A stretch of 64,000 nucleotides of DNA from Felis catus. Lineage: Eukaryota. The stretch covers positions 74,338,001-74,402,000 of the forward strand of contig NC_058385.1 in NCBI RefSeq assembly GCF_018350175.1, written 5' to 3'. The translations under genes were made by a program, and so were the position numbers. The notes below the pieces were generated by a model. That model saw nothing but the letters and a program-made list of their open reading frames with translations. It made no database searches and had not been told where the DNA came from. This document shows, piece after piece, positions 36,460-50,400 of the stretch. Numbering within the stretch: position 1 is the first letter of the stretch; each line of letters opens with the position of its first letter.

Positions 36460-37311
36460 GTAAGTTGTCTTTTCAGCTTCTCTCAGGAGAGATCCACCTT
36501 GCTTTTCCTTCTCCTCTCTTAGTTTCGCCCCGTGGTTGAGAGCTCGCCTGGGCCTCTCACCATTGATTTGAGCTCCTGGCAACTGCACACACGCATAGAT
36601 GGGGCCCTGCTGGCCCCACGCCCATTTCACGGATGAGGAAACCGACTCCCAGTGAATAAACGCCTTGGCCAAGAGTGCAATCAGTTGGAGGCAGAGGAGG
36701 GCTGGGTCCCGTGCCTGCAAGTTTCATCCCGAGGGTTGTTCTCACCCTGTCCAGGAGTGGCGAGACCTGCAGGGTCCCAGGCCAATGTCAGGTACTGTGG
36801 CCCTGTGGCCAAACAGGGAAAGAACCAGCTAGTGCTGGGAAGTAGAGGCTCACAGCCCTCAGTGCACTGGGTGGCACGGTGACATCTGAGGCGGGGCCCT
36901 GAGCCCGGGAGCATGGCCCAGACTGAGGCTGCCGCCCCCCCCCCCTTGCCCCCCGCCCCCGCCATGCCCCGTCTGGTCACGAGGCAGCAGGAAGTGCAGG
37001 CAGGTGGGCGCAGTGGTTTCTGGAGGCGGGTGAGCTGGGAGTGGTGCCGGAGAGCGAGGGCCTGGATGCAAGGCCCTGTTCTGCCTTCTCTGAGTCAGGA
37101 AATGACTCGTAGGGCCCAAGCGACGTTAATTCCTGCCCTGTGACATGATGTCTGAGGAGCTCCAGACATCTGTCATTACAGTGCTGGCTGAAGAGACAGA
37201 ATATAGAGCTTGTGTAGGAAGGAATCATTTAGCCAAGGCCGCGGCTAAAAGTATACATGTCCTCAGCCCATGTTGTTTCTTCCACCTGGTTCAAAGAGCT
37301 AACTTCGGAGA

Positions 37312-37336
37312 TCACACACACACACACACACACACA
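37312..37336. repeat. (CA)n microsatellite
   Basis: Direct reading. Confidence 0.9.
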
Positions 37337-37589
37337 TTTTCTGCACAGTCTGTACAGAATTCTATCTGTGTCTAAACCCTTGGAGACTTTATGTCTAGGA
37401 CTTCGACATAGGACGACAAAGTGTCAGCTTTCTAAAGTGCTGTGACGTAGGAGCTGCCATTGTCATGTCACGAATGGCGGAGGGGGTGCTTCGACCAAGC
37501 AGGGGACACGTATCCCAACCAGACTTTGGTCAGAGTTGATATTGAGGTTTATCAAGATAACATAAAGACAACTGAAATGATCACATCGT

Positions 37590-39120
37590 CTCCAGAGATT
37601 CAGGGTTTAGAAAAACCCGACCGGTTCCTTGTCCCACGTCTACCGCCTGCCATTTCTGCTTCCAGAGGCTATTGTGGTTAACTCTTACAGCTGCGTTTTT
37701 CTCGCCCTGGCCTCTCCCCTTCTACCTTACACACGAATCCTGCTACTCCTCGATTTGTCAATCTTGGAAGTGACCGTGGGGTTCCTTCCTGTCTTGATAG
37801 GTGAGGAGTCGAGGTTCTCTTGTAGCACCCTTTTTCAATTTTCCTTCTTTGTCTCCAACATCTAGTCGTGTCAAGACTTGAGGTCGAAACAAGAGTATTT
37901 TTGTTCCATCCATGGGCATGTGGCTCACTGGGGAGCCCCAGGGAGCAAGAGGGATCTCCCGTTGCCGTCACCAATCACGGGGTGTGGGCAGCGGACCCTC
38001 CTGTCTTTGTCCCGTGTTCCACCCCTGCCTTCCATGGTACCCCCCCGCCTTCTTGGGCTTCTTGGGGTGCCCGTGAAACACACAGGTCAGGTCTGTACCT
38101 GCTCTTCAGGGACCTGGAGTGTTAGCTCCTCTGTGCCGACGTGTCCATCAACACACCTCCCTCTTCTTTGCCCCACTGAAAAATTTGTCGAAGTGTCTTA
38201 TCTGCTGTTTGCCCATTCTTGTTTTCTCTTGTCATCTTTGTGGGTCTAGACTTTTTAAATTCCTTGTCTTCATTTTTGTGGGAGGGAGAGAAGAGACGTG
38301 AGCCTCATTGAATTAAATGCGACCGTATAATCTTTTCCGAAACGTTTCAACGTGTTTTGTCCATTTTGTCCTCCGTCCTGCACCAAGCATTTGATCTTCG
38401 CACAGACCTCAAGAGACAGGCCCTCTTTTACTATCAGTTAGTTGTGGAATGTTCGAACCATGCGGAAATAGAGGAGAAAAAAAAATCACAAGAGTTACTT
38501 AGAAGTCATGTGGGTTCAAACATTGATTTAGTTGCTTCTAATCTCCTTAGCCTTTCCTGTGGTCTGAAGTACTTGTAATCTCTCTACAATGTTACTCTTT
38601 CATTGTTTACCTAACAGAGCGTCAGGTATATATTTCCAAATTGTTACTTATCTCTCTGAATAATGCATTCACCATGCATCTATCCATTCGTTCGTTCATT
38701 CATTCATTCATTCATTCATTCATTCCTCTGTCCACATTCCTACTTTCGTGATGCTCCCCATCTGGTGAGGAAGACGCAGGCGAAAACGGGCCAGTGTTGT
38801 CAGCTTCCGCATTTCACACTGCACTTCACTAACTTGCACTATTTTTGGGCATTTGATTGTTTATGACTCCTCGTCATTATGAAAATACCATAATGAGCAC
38901 CTGGGTCCATAAAGCTCTTCCGAATGTCCAGGTTACTTCCCGGGGGATACATTCTCCAAAGCAGAATTACTGGGTTCGACCACTTTATATTTTAAGACTC
39001 TAGCTTTGTGTTGCCACATTAGTCTCCAGCGTCGTTTCTAGTGATATCCTCACTAGCAGTGAGTTCGTTTTTCCATCTTGGAAATCTTGAATCCAAGATT
39101 GGAATCTTTCTCATTACAAA
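37590..39120 (-). mobile_element. Patchy old L1M remnants
   Basis: ttccagaggctattgtggttaactc, ctgtttgcccattctt, ggatacattctccaaagcagaattactgggttc motifs. Confidence 0.4.
38684..38724. repeat. (ATTC)n microsatellite
   Basis: Direct reading. Confidence 0.9.
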
Positions 39121-42100
39121 AGTGTTACTTATTCAGCGCGTAGATAAAGAATGCTCCAGGATCTGAATGTCAAATGCATACTCTTAGATACGAACAAATC
39201 AAAGTGTGAACACCTTCAGGGCTTTTGCGGTGTTTCTGCTCTGTTTTTTTTCCCCCCTGATAATTTGTATTCCTGGGACTTGAATTACCAACACAAGGGA
39301 GCAAAGGATGTAGAGTTTCGCATCCCCCTTCACACATGCAGTCTGTGGATCTGAGTTGAAGTTTCCAAGGCAGAGTGACATGTCACAGGCTTCTGAAACA
39401 AGTGCGATTTTGACAAGTGTGATTTGAAAGCAGGAGGGACGTCAGAGTGTGCGTTCCATCTGGGCTCAGAGTTCCCAAATTGGCGTGGAGAGTCTGGGTA
39501 TGTTCCTCTGACGGCAGTCAAGCGAGGGCACAATGCCGCCTCCGGGGTATTGATATGTGAGCGTGATTCTGACACGGACTGTGCGTGCGTGAGTGCGTGT
39601 GCGTGCGCACACTTGCGTGTGTACCCCATGTGTATGCAAAAATGCTCATCTTTATGCACTTCCTATCCGGAGAGGAAAGGAAATATTTATTAAACACCAA
39701 ACATTTTACAAATCCTTTGGTGCTCATCAGAAAGTTAGATGGTGGTGAGGTCTGTTTCTCAAATAAGGGAGCTGAGGATCCGAGAGGTTAAATGAACCCC
39801 TGGGATTTGAGCCCCCGTGCATCTGGCCCCCCTCCAAGTTAGACAAGAACATCTGGTTTGAGTTTCTGGAAAGGGTGGCAGAGGTAGACTTCCAGCCCTA
39901 GACTTGTCCGGACATCTACCGCTTGGCCTTGTGTCTTGTGATGAGCTGGTGTGCATTAAGCCACTCATTCAAAGCCTCTTTGAAGAAGGATTCTGATGCA
40001 CTGATGGGTCAGTGGGGGTGAGGGGAAGGGGAAGGTGACTTCCGAGCTCTCACAAGTCGGGGAGGCTTCTAACACGCTAGGTGGTTTGAAGATGGCAGGA
40101 GTTTGTCCAATGGCCAAGTTTCAGTACGCCTTTCCCTCAGAGAGAGTGGTTTGTGTGTGCAAAGGCCCAGGGGCATGAAACAGCCTGGGGCGTTCAGACG
40201 TTGGAGACATTTCCATATGCTGGGCCTAGGCTCGTCAGTGAGATGAGGCAGAAGGGCCATAGGGAAAGGCTTTCGCTCGAGCACAGGGCTGGCAGGAGAC
40301 TCTGTACTGGGTTTGGCACTAGACCTTGGTACGATGACCTGGGGTGGGGTCGGGTGAACGTGGCAGGGAGCCCTAGGGCGGACGCGTTGGAGAAACGTGT
40401 TAGGGCCAAACAGCTCGTCCTTCCCTTCAATTTAGTTCCCCTCCGTGCATATGTCTCTGCCAGCCACTTTTCGGGTCATGGATTCTGAATTTTCACTTAC
40501 ATTCCAGAAAAGGCGCTGTGCTGGGGGCCAGAGGTCTTGACTGCAAGGACAAGGGCCGGCCTTCTAGTTGGGAGAAAGGCACAGGAAGTCAGAATTGAAG
40601 GAGCTGAGCCACTTACCACAGTGGGGGCCTCGGGAAGCCTCCCCCAGATTCACCGCAGACAGACAGGGAAAGTACCAGAGTGCATCACGGCCCCACGTTG
40701 CGACATAGAGAAGGAGCATACGTTCATCAGACGTCAAGGGGGGGGAAAGGAAGCATCTGGGTAGAGGGAGGTGTGCAAAGAGAAGCCCAAAGGTGTGCAT
40801 CAGTGTGGCACATGATGAAATAGAAAGAGAAGTAGTCTAGGACTGCAAGGCCAGCGAGGGGCAGGGAGAGGCCAGATGGGGGACGGGGGCCAGAAGCTAG
40901 GTGCCTTGGCTGCCACACTTCCCTGAAGGCCTTTACACAGTTGCACACTGAGCTTTCAGACTGTTCAAAAGCCCTCCTTTGGGGCTGTAAGGGGAATGCG
41001 TTGGTGGACAGACAAGCTCGATTTTGAGAAAACGTGCACAGGCGTGTTATCTGTATATAGAATACCATTTTACTCGCTGGGGGAAATTTTGTACATTTTT
41101 AAAAACCAGTGAAACAGGAAAGCTGTCATTTCTTTATACAAGAAGATGTCCGTTGCTTCTTAAAAGACCAAGCAATCCAGAGAGGACATTCAGGGTCAGC
41201 AGGAATCACCTTCTCAGAGGCAGGAGCCCACTGTAGGTGCCTCAGTCTCCCCCTCTCCCGCCTGCCCAAACACCGGATCTTCCGCGGGCTTATTCCCACG
41301 ACAACTGATATGTCGCTTTTCATCTGCCATTTCAGAAGCACTTGCTCAGAGGTGCCGCTGAAGCAAATTGAGTATTTGGATTGCCCACCAGGGGAAAACA
41401 CGGATTATGAATCTTTGAAAATCCGTATCTGTCTTCTCAGTTCATTCTACCCCGAGACACTTCAAAATGCCCCTTAGAAAATGCTCCCGGCTCTCGAGCG
41501 GGAGCCCCCCTTGGAGCGGCAGGTATGACACAGTTTGCTCCCTGCGGGGAGAAAGGTGCCTCCTTGCTGTTGGTCCCAGCCCAGCCCTCCAGCTCCTCTC
41601 CTCACCGCCTCCCTCCCCGAGCTCGGGGACAGCTACAAGCCTGAATTCCAGGTGATGGAAGTGTCTGCACAGACAGTCTTTCAGGCCACACAACTACTGT
41701 CCATCAACTTCGCCTCGCTGTGCCAGTGGGGTGCTGGAATTTGGTTGATCTTTTCTGCGAATGTTTTCTATTAAGCTGGAGAGTGGTGTGATCCTAAAAA
41801 ATGTGAGTGCTGGCAGGGAGCCTGCACATCTTCTAAGTGAGGGAAGCATCGGGACATGGCCCAGCCACGGGCTTTGAAGTCGGTCCATGCAGCTCCCAGT
41901 CCTCTTCTAGGTCTTTCTCAGCCTGGCGATGCCTCCGTTTGCCTCTCTGAAAGGGGGGGATGATGGTAGCAAACAAGAGAGATGAATCTAGTGGGCTTGT
42001 GCTGAAGAAAAAGTACAAGGCTCTGCACGGAACCTGATAAAGGGTGAGTGTTTAAGAAATGTCGGCAATAATTCACAAGTCCAAACCCATCTTTCTGTGG

Positions 42101-43907
42101 AAGGGGAAATGGGCAGAGAGAGAAGATGGCTCTAGTAAGTCACAGCCAGTTAAGGGCAGAGGTACAGAACTATATACTTTAAAAACTCCTACTCGTTGGC
42201 TGTCGCATCAATCACTGTGCTAAATGCTTTCCGTATTTTAACCCTCGCGACTGCCCTGTGCGCATGACTATGTGCATCCTACAGACCTGGAAGCTAAGGC
42301 TCAGAGAGGTCCAAGTTCAAACAGCTAGCAAATAGGAGAGATTCAGACCCAGTCCGAATTTGAACCCAGTCTCCCCGCTCTGCTGAGTGTGGCTGGCTGG
42401 GTTCCCCAGGAGCCAGACACTGAGGTGCAAAGGCACCCACGGGGGGGGAAGGGGGGAAAAGGGAAGGTGCAGGGCTGGCCAGAGGAGACGGTGAGCTGCA
42501 GAGTGGTCTCAGTGGCATAGAGGCCTCCGCTGCCCTTTCAGGGATGCTGGGATGAGCTTCACATGTTCTCCGCCTTTATTTCGGTGACATGAGGATGTGG
42601 GCATGACCTTCTGGAGGGCCGCTCTCCCTGCGGGGGCTGACAGCAGGGCCAGCCTGCCGGGAGCACGCACCGCAGCTGGGCAGACCCGCTCGTTCCCGAC
42701 GTCACAGCGTGCTCCGCAGGGCTGGAGGGTTCCTGCAGACCGTGCAGGGGCACTGTCACTAGACTGGTGACACGGCAACCCACACCAGGGCTAATTCTTA
42801 ATTCTTTGGGTCCTTGGGCTGGAAGGCCCCAGGGAGCAGGCACCGACTCCAAGAGCCCGTGGAAAACGTGCATCTCCGTCCCAAAGCCGCACAAGGTTTC
42901 CATGCGTGTGCACCCACCGCGGGGGCTCCCAGTGCAGAGTCTGCAGCCACCCCCTGAGAACTGCTGTCCGGGGATGGGTCTCGTGCCCCAGGGACTCCCT
43001 CCCCAAGTGGGGCGTGCAGCCTGGAGGCTCCTCTCCCATAGGGCCACGCTGGCTGGGCAGCTGCAGTTAGCAGGGCCGAGCGGGCTCGGGGCACAGCTTC
43101 CTACTAGCAGCAGCCCTCCACCCTGCCCCCCCCCCACCTCAGCCCCGATCTCCCTTCCGAGACCCCCGGGGGCTGAGGAGCAGAAGGACACAGCTGGCGA
43201 ACCGGAGCCACAGCAGCGGCGGGTGGAAGGAAACGGGAGGTGTGAGGAAAGCAGCCCCCAGGTGGTCAGTTTCACGTCTCCCCGTGGATGCGGGAGGGAG
43301 CATCGCGCCAGCTGCTGGGGTGCAGGATCGGGGCCACGGTTATGGTTTCTCGTGCCTTGGCCGCCACTGCCCCATCTATCTGCTCATTCATTCTGCAAGT
43401 GGTTAGTGGGCATTTCCCCTGGGCCAGGCGCTAGGTGCAGGGGCTACGGCAGTGAGCAGAGCCCACAGACAGCCCTGCACCACGGGACTTCCTCCTAGCA
43501 CGTTTCCGTGGGGCCCCTTCTCTGAGTTGACATCACCCCTAACTCCGCATCGAAGCAGCCCCCTTGGGCACTCTCCACTCCCTCACCCTGCTCTCTTGTC
43601 TGCTGTGAAATTTTCTCACCTGCTTACGTCTTGAATGTTCGTCTGCCCTTCCCCCAGAAGGGAAACTGCATGCGACAGGGGCTCGGTGTCTCATTCACTG
43701 CTGTAGCCTCAGCCCCTAGAAGGTTCCCTGGTACCTAGTGAGTGCTCGCAAGGTATTTACTGAATGAATGAGGGCACTGCTGTCTGCTTGCCAGATTTCG
43801 TGCTCCCAGAAACTGAGTTCACAACTTGTGGCTTGATCCTTCATACTTAGCACGGTGCCTGGTATATAATAGACACTGTTGTTTTCTTTATCATTTGTTA
43901 GGTTTAA

Positions 43908-44114
43908 AATTCTTTTTAATGTTTATTTATTTTTGAGAGAGACAGAGGGCGAGCAGGGGAGGGTCGGAGAGAGGGGGAGACACAGAATCTGAGGCAGGCT
44001 CCGGGCTCCGAGCTGTCAGCACAGAGCCTGACACAGGACTCGACCCCACGAACCGTGAGCTCATGACCCGAGCTGAAGTCGGACGCTTAACCGACTGAGC
44101 CACCCAGGCGCCCC
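43908..44114 (-). mobile_element. Carnivore SINE, 15-bp TSD
   Basis: TSD atttgttaggtttaa at 43893-43907 and 44119-44133. Confidence 0.93.
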
Positions 44115-45123
44115 TAGAATTTGTTAGGTTTAATATGTATATATTCAGTTTGCTCTACGTTAGTATTTAAAGCTAACAGAGGTTCAGTGTTTGTTGGAAA
44201 GGTGTATCAATGAGCGATCTCGACCAATTTAAAGAAACTTTCTGAGTCTCAGGTGCCTCACCTTCAAAATGGAGATGATGATGCCTAATTCAACGGGCTG
44301 TTATTAAGCTTGAAAGAGATGTGCCGTGTAAAATTGCCTCGGCCAGTGCCTGGTGAAGGTGGCAGTGTTGGAAAAGCTAAATTAGGTCAAGTGCTGCCCG
44401 TTCTAAGGGATCTCTTTCACAGGTAATATTTATAAAAGCTGCCCCTGCGATGTAGTACAGTGTACAACCTGTGCAGCTGTACATGGCGAGCCCAGGAGGC
44501 ACTGGATTAATGTTTGCTGATTGATTGTGTCCTGAACCCTTGTTAGACCTCAGGGGCTGGAGAAGACTTAGGATTTTTGTCAGAAACTTCCTCCCCGGAT
44601 GGTTAGTACCAGGTGTGTACCTGGTCCGTCGGGGAATTGTTCAATCAAATTTAAGGGAGACAGAACCAAGAAGAAAATATGCCAGCTTAAGACCTACCTT
44701 TTGGTTTCGGTTGTTTTGGCTTTAGCTTTAAAGATTTCTTTCAAGTGTCTTGCTTAGCTATAGAAGGCATATTTTCAGCCTGGAATCAATCAGATACTAC
44801 CCGATAAAAAATGAGCACAGTCAAAACTCTGAGGTGGAGGGAGCTTTTGGTTCCTCCCGATTTTTCCCCCCTTCCTATTCCTGGCCTCCAGCCCACTCGG
44901 GGAAACTCGTGACTATCTGCTTCTCAGCACCCCACCTCCCCGCTGCAACTCCCATCCCAAGGCGGGCCTCTCTGACTACAGAAGTGGTTCCTCTTTCCTC
45001 TTTCCCTCCCACTCTCAAACCAGCCCTGACCAGCTAGCTGTCACGGAGGAGATACACCTTGCTTATTTATTGTTTTATTTCCTAGTGCTCTGCTGGAGAA
45101 CTCTCGTCAGACCCAGTGGAGTT

Positions 45124-45304
45124 GGGGCGCCCGGGGGTGGGGGCTCAGTCGGTTAAGCGACCGACGCTTGATTTCGGCTCAGGTCATGATCTCGCAGTCC
45201 GTGGGATCGAGCCCCGCGTCGGGCTCGGCACTGGCAGTGTGGAGCCTGCGTGGGGTTCTCTCTGTGCCCCTTCCTCGCTCAAAATAAATGAATAAAACAT
45301 TTAA
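45124..45304 (+). mobile_element. Carnivore SINE (sense, shortened CT tract)
   Basis: ggggcgccc...ctcagtcggttaagcg head, aaataaatgaataaaa tail, flanked by tggagttg on both sides. Confidence 0.88.
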
Positions 45305-46189
45305 ATGGAGTTGAGCAGTTGACAAAATAATTCACGCTGCAAATACTTGATATTACCTTAATATATTTTCTACAAGAGTTTTCACATTTCAACAAGCGGA
45401 TAAACCAGAAAATGGTTGTTTCTCAGACGATTTGACCAGTATTTAGGAGAAGTGTTTTAGACAGGTTGCCTTTCCTAGAGCCCCTCAAGTCACTTTGCAT
45501 AGTGGTCTGTGAACCCAACCGTCCCTGAATTGCAGTCCATCCACAGGGGTAGATTTCCTTTAGTTTCATGGATTATAATAATATTAACCGTTGGTTCAAG
45601 ATAGTAATGCCATGTTCTAAGCGGCTAGTGCTATATTAAGTTGTGTTTTGTTTTAACGATTCTGTGGTCATTCCTCTTTTTCTTCATCCCTACTGCTGAG
45701 TCTCCGCGGAATTCTGACCTCTGACCCCCTTGGAGGAGTGGGATTTGATTTATGAAGGAGGCAGTCACCTTCCCTCCTACATGGGCAAAGTCCAGGAGAC
45801 GAGAGGGCCCAGCTCAGAAGGGATTGAGGGAAGCCTTCAGTATGGATCGGGGCGTCTGTCATCCTGAGGGGACCAGGGAGGGACGGGGCGAGAAGGAGAT
45901 GGGGTCAGATGATGAAAGGAGAAGGCACTGGTGATCTCGCTCTGATGGAGATTGAGGTGATGAGCTCCCCATCACTGGAGAAGTCGAGCCTGTTGGAGAT
46001 GCCCTTGCGGTGTGAGGAGGTGGCTTAAATGGCCTCTAAGCTTCCCTCTGAGTTTTCTGTTTTTGTAATTCTGACGATTGGCTCCGTTGTGCTTTAAGGC
46101 GTGGCCTTTGTTTTTCTGTTTTTGTGATAACTTACGCACAGGCAAGCAGTTTGGGGCAGATGTTTGTAGAAGTAGGAGCAGTGACGCAG

Positions 46190-46400
46190 AGAGACTGTGG
46201 CATGGATGGGGTGAATCTGGGTTTCAATTCTAGTTCTGTTCTTACTCTGTGTGACCCAGGGCACGTCATGTTACTGCTCTGAGCCTCAGCATCCTTAAGG
46301 CAGACTTCCTAATAGCCCTGCCTCCACAAGTGGCCGTGAGATTTGGATGAAGCATGGAGGGCAGTGCTTAGTACAGTGCCTGTCACACGCAGCCCCTAAC
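46190..46400 (+). mobile_element. MIR
   Basis: tctgggtttcaattctagttctg...tgtgtgaccc...ctctgagcctcag...gtgcttagtacagtgcctg. Confidence 0.65.
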
Positions 46401-47469
46401 GGACAGTGGTGACGGCCGTAGCTGCCCTTACTGCCACCGTGCCCCGAAAGGCAGAGTAGAGCCTCAGGAGTCTGCCCGCCTGGGTCCAGACCAGCTGCGT
46501 GACCTTGGGCGAGTTACCCACAGTCCACTGAGAGGTCAGGCCAGCCTCTGCCTGATGCTCTTTGTCCAAAAAAACCTCTGCACTATTGGAATTTCTCTGA
46601 TTAGCTCACGTTGGTGCTCCATACGCATTTATGCCTCTGAATTTCGGCAGTTTCATCCAGCACCCAGGATCACACGCAATGACCCCAAGAAAGAGTTCAC
46701 ATGCTCCCAGAAAACCCCGTTATTGTACCAGCTTCCTGGTCGCCTTTGTATGTGGGGGGGAATTTGGAGGGGTCCATTTGATAGGAGTCAACCTTCCCAG
46801 AGAGAAATCAGGTTTATCCCGAGCCTTTGAATTTCCAGTAGGAATTTGGCTTGTGATGAACTTAGTGATTTGTCAGGAGGACACGGAGGGAGGATTGTCC
46901 CAAGTCTGGTCCCACGTGCCTGTCTTTTTCTTAGTGAGGAATTTTCTCCACCATGGTCTTTGAAGTTAGTGGTGTAAAAGATGATTACTCACCCATCCAC
47001 GGCTCATAACCTCGGCAGAGGCTGGCCCATTTCAGATGTCTGTGGAAACCTTTGCCTGCAAAACACAGGCCAAGAAAGGGAACCACTTTGTCTCTGAAGC
47101 GGAGTCCCGGGGAGAGAGGGGTAGCTGCGGCGAAGTGGGTACTGGGAGGGGGAAGTCTTTGTTAAGCCTTTGGTTTGCTAACCACGAGCCGTGACTGTGG
47201 CCACGTCCTACACCAGCTCGGAGCCTCAGTTCAGTCCCTTGAAAAATAGTGACAGTAATACCGTTGACGCATAGGCTGATGTAGTGATTACATCTTGTAG
47301 TGTCAGTGAAATGTTCCATCAACTGGAATGAGCCACACTAGGTGATCAGTTCTGCCACTGATCCACTCGAGGTCTTGTGGTAGGCGAATAATCATAGTAG
47401 TAATCTTTATAGAGATAAAAAAAAAATACTTGGCATCCCATTCGTTCTTTACCAGTTAAGGAACTTCAT

Positions 47470-50400
47470 CGATTCATTCATGAAGTACACATTTAGGACG
47501 CAAAATACACGCAAAATATTGATATTATTGTTCCTGTCAGCACACGGAACATTAGCAAGTGCCACCTACAGCTATGTTACTATTTCTATTGTTGAGATTA
47601 AAAAAAATTTTTTTTAGCGTTTATTTATTTTTGAGACAGAGAGAGACAGAGCGTGAACAGGGGAGGGGCAGAGAGAGAGGGAGACACAGAATCCGAAACA
47701 GGCTCCAGGCTCTGAGCTGTCAGCACAGAGCCCGACGCGGGGCTCGAACTCATGAACCACGAGATCATGACCTGAGCCGAAGTCAGACGCCCAACCGACC
47801 GAGCCACCCAGGTGCCCCGAGATTTTTATATACTATTATGATAGGGCTCAGACAAGCAATGAAAACTGAGGCGGAGTCTTTGGTCTCCAGGAGCTCCTAA
47901 TTTAACAGAGATAGAAAACATGAGAAAATTGCAGTGCAGTCTATTCGTAGAACAGTAGACATATTAGTGGAACAGTAGACAGATCAGTGGAACAGGCTGG
48001 CGGTAGTGGAGGTGGGAGCCTCAGAGGGGTGTGCGTGCGAAGTGACATCTGAATTACGTCTTAAAGGATGACATGAGTTCACTGCGTGAATAAACTGACT
48101 TCACTTACCAAGCGTATGTCAGATGAGAGGAACAACGTCGTACAACACGGAGTGATTGGCTAGACCTCCAGACGTGAGTTTTGGGGGGTAGGGAGTAGAA
48201 CGAAGAGAGATGTGACTGAGGAGGTAGGTAAGGGAGGCAGCAGACAGATCTCGAGAAACGTTGGAGGCCATGTTTTGGCTGGATGTGTTTTCCGGGGAGA
48301 GCGTCCACTTATGATGGTAGAACCTGAGATTTAGACTTGAAAGAGTATTTGTTTTAATTTTCCTTCTATCAGGTCCTTTCTGGGTGGACATTCAGTCTAC
48401 CCGAACACCAGTCGGGGGACAACATTTAACACTTCAGGTTGGGCAGTCCCATGGGTAGCGGGGCCAGTTCCCGAGACGGAGAGCGTAAGAAGGGAACCAG
48501 GCGAAGACCGTGGCTAAGGATGGAAGTAAGAGTAAGCCCTCAGCTTTCAACAGGCCGAGTTTGGGATACGTCGTGGCCACCTGCTGGGAGGGGTCTGCTA
48601 AGCACGGACTGTCTCGGCATGGCGCTTGGGTGAAGCTTCCGGCCTGGAGATGTGCTGATGGTCATCAGCGTGTCAGTACTTTAAGTCATGGGGACAGTGA
48701 GATTGCCCGTGGAGAGTGTGTCGGATATCAACAGTGAAGGTCAAGGACAGACCCCTGAAGAACAACAGCATGGAAGGGAAGAGAAGGAGAGAAGCCAGGG
48801 GAAGCAGGAGGAAGATGGGAGGCATGCTGGTGGCGTGGGGTGTCACGGAAACCAGGGAAGGGAGATGTGACCAACAACTTCAAGGACGATGGGGACTACA
48901 GACGTTCACTGGGCTAGGCAAGCACCTTATGAATGTAGTGGGATGATGAGGGAAAAAGCGAAATAGTAGCGATTTGAGAAAGTAGAAGCTACAAGCTTTT
49001 CCCAAGAATGTTGGCTCTGAATAAAAAGAGAGAGCAAGATTGACAGCTAAAGGAGAAGGTGGCCCATTCGTTGGTAACTATCTGTCTTGGGTCGTGAACC
49101 ACCCCCCCCCCCCGATAATGTATTGAAACAGTATGCCCCTCCATACATACCTGATTTTGCCTCTATTTTCAGAAAATCAGCCCTGGAAATCTAACCCCCA
49201 AGGTAAGAAACTGTGGGGTAGAATAACGTCTTGTTTTCAAGGGGGGCATTTGAGTGTGTTTTTATGCTAAGAGTCAAGTGTCAGTGTCCAGGGATGGACC
49301 AAAGACAGAGGAGGGGTGGGAGCAGGACTGGCCTGGGGGTGTAATTGGTTGCAGATGCCCCTGGGGGGTGGTGAGAAAGAACGAGTTCTAGAACACAGAT
49401 GGGGGAACCCGTCCCAACAGCCATCCTTCCTCCGTCTAGGAGAAAGAAAGAAAGAAGACGGGATGATTCATAGAGAGTGGAGAGGGGGACACAGAGTTGA
49501 GGACAATGCTGAGGACCGTCCCTCTTTTCTCTGGGAGGCGAGAGGTCGGGCACCTGCTGAAGGTGCAGGGGCTGTGACGGCGCTGGGCCTGGACGGAGCA
49601 ACAGGCACCAGAGGTGGTGGATAGAGAGAACAGAAGGAGGTGAGGACGAGGGTGCCAAGGGGTTGACGGTTCAGGTGAGGCTGGGGATCCAGAAGTTGTG
49701 AAGGTGCCGATCTGTCTGGGGAAGTGGCTTGAGTTGTGCTCAGCTGACCAAGACGAGCTGCAGACAAAGCAGTCCCTTGGGTTAATCCAACCAGGAAGAC
49801 GGGGTTGAGGGCACTGGCAAAAGGGAAGTTGAAACAGCGGACCAGTGGGTGGCCCTGGCTTCGGACAGACCTGTGAAGATGGGTGCCCTAGAGGGGGGAG
49901 GAGAGTGGCATCGCAGCGGAAGTCCGGGAGCTGGTTTAGGGTGTGGATGTGGCCGTGGGCGTTCTGGGCTGGAACGAGTGGATATGAATGTCTCTGGGAC
50001 TAAAGGGGTCAGGAAACAGACCAGAGTGGTGAGTGGACCATCGACAGTCCCCGTAGATGGTAAATTCACCCAAGACTTCAGCAGGGTCTGGGTGGAAATG
50101 AAAATTGTGAGCTGAAAATTATGGCAAAGAATTTGAAGAATGTGGTCAAATGACCAGGCATGCCCTATTGAGGGTAAGTAATGAGAAAGACTAGAAGTTT
50201 CCATAGTCAGGAGGTTGTGACCCAAAGCAGGGGAAAGGGGACATTAGGACCATGGTAAGGGTCCTGGTTTCCAGGACACAATACTGGGGAGGGGAGAGCT
50301 AGGGTCAGGGGTCAGCTGTGACAGCAGTGACATGATTTCAGCAGGAGGCTGGATCCGGAGCGAGATGAGGCCACGTGGGTGTGGAGAAGACAGGCGGGCT
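47470..50400 (-). mobile_element. Long degenerate LINE-2 fragment reaching the endonuclease region
   Basis: cattcattcat 3'-end signature near 47470 and typical L2 purine-rich body; minus-strand remnants GEFTIY (cf. GDFNIH) and HGHIHTL (cf. HGHTLDL) near 49935-50075. Confidence 0.6.
47600..47818 (-). mobile_element. Carnivore SINE interrupting an L2
   Basis: T tail...gagccacccaggtgcccc; short flanking gagatt duplication. Confidence 0.92.

Noticed and set aside
42559-43498. Overlapping 243-aa (+) and 238-aa (-) ORFs in intron 35
   Set aside because: GC-rich low-complexity P/G/S/A peptides open on both strands, with no recognisable domain; expected from stop-codon scarcity.
47950-47995. 20-bp tandem duplication gaacagtagaca...agtg
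   Set aside because: An ordinary slippage duplication inside an old L2.
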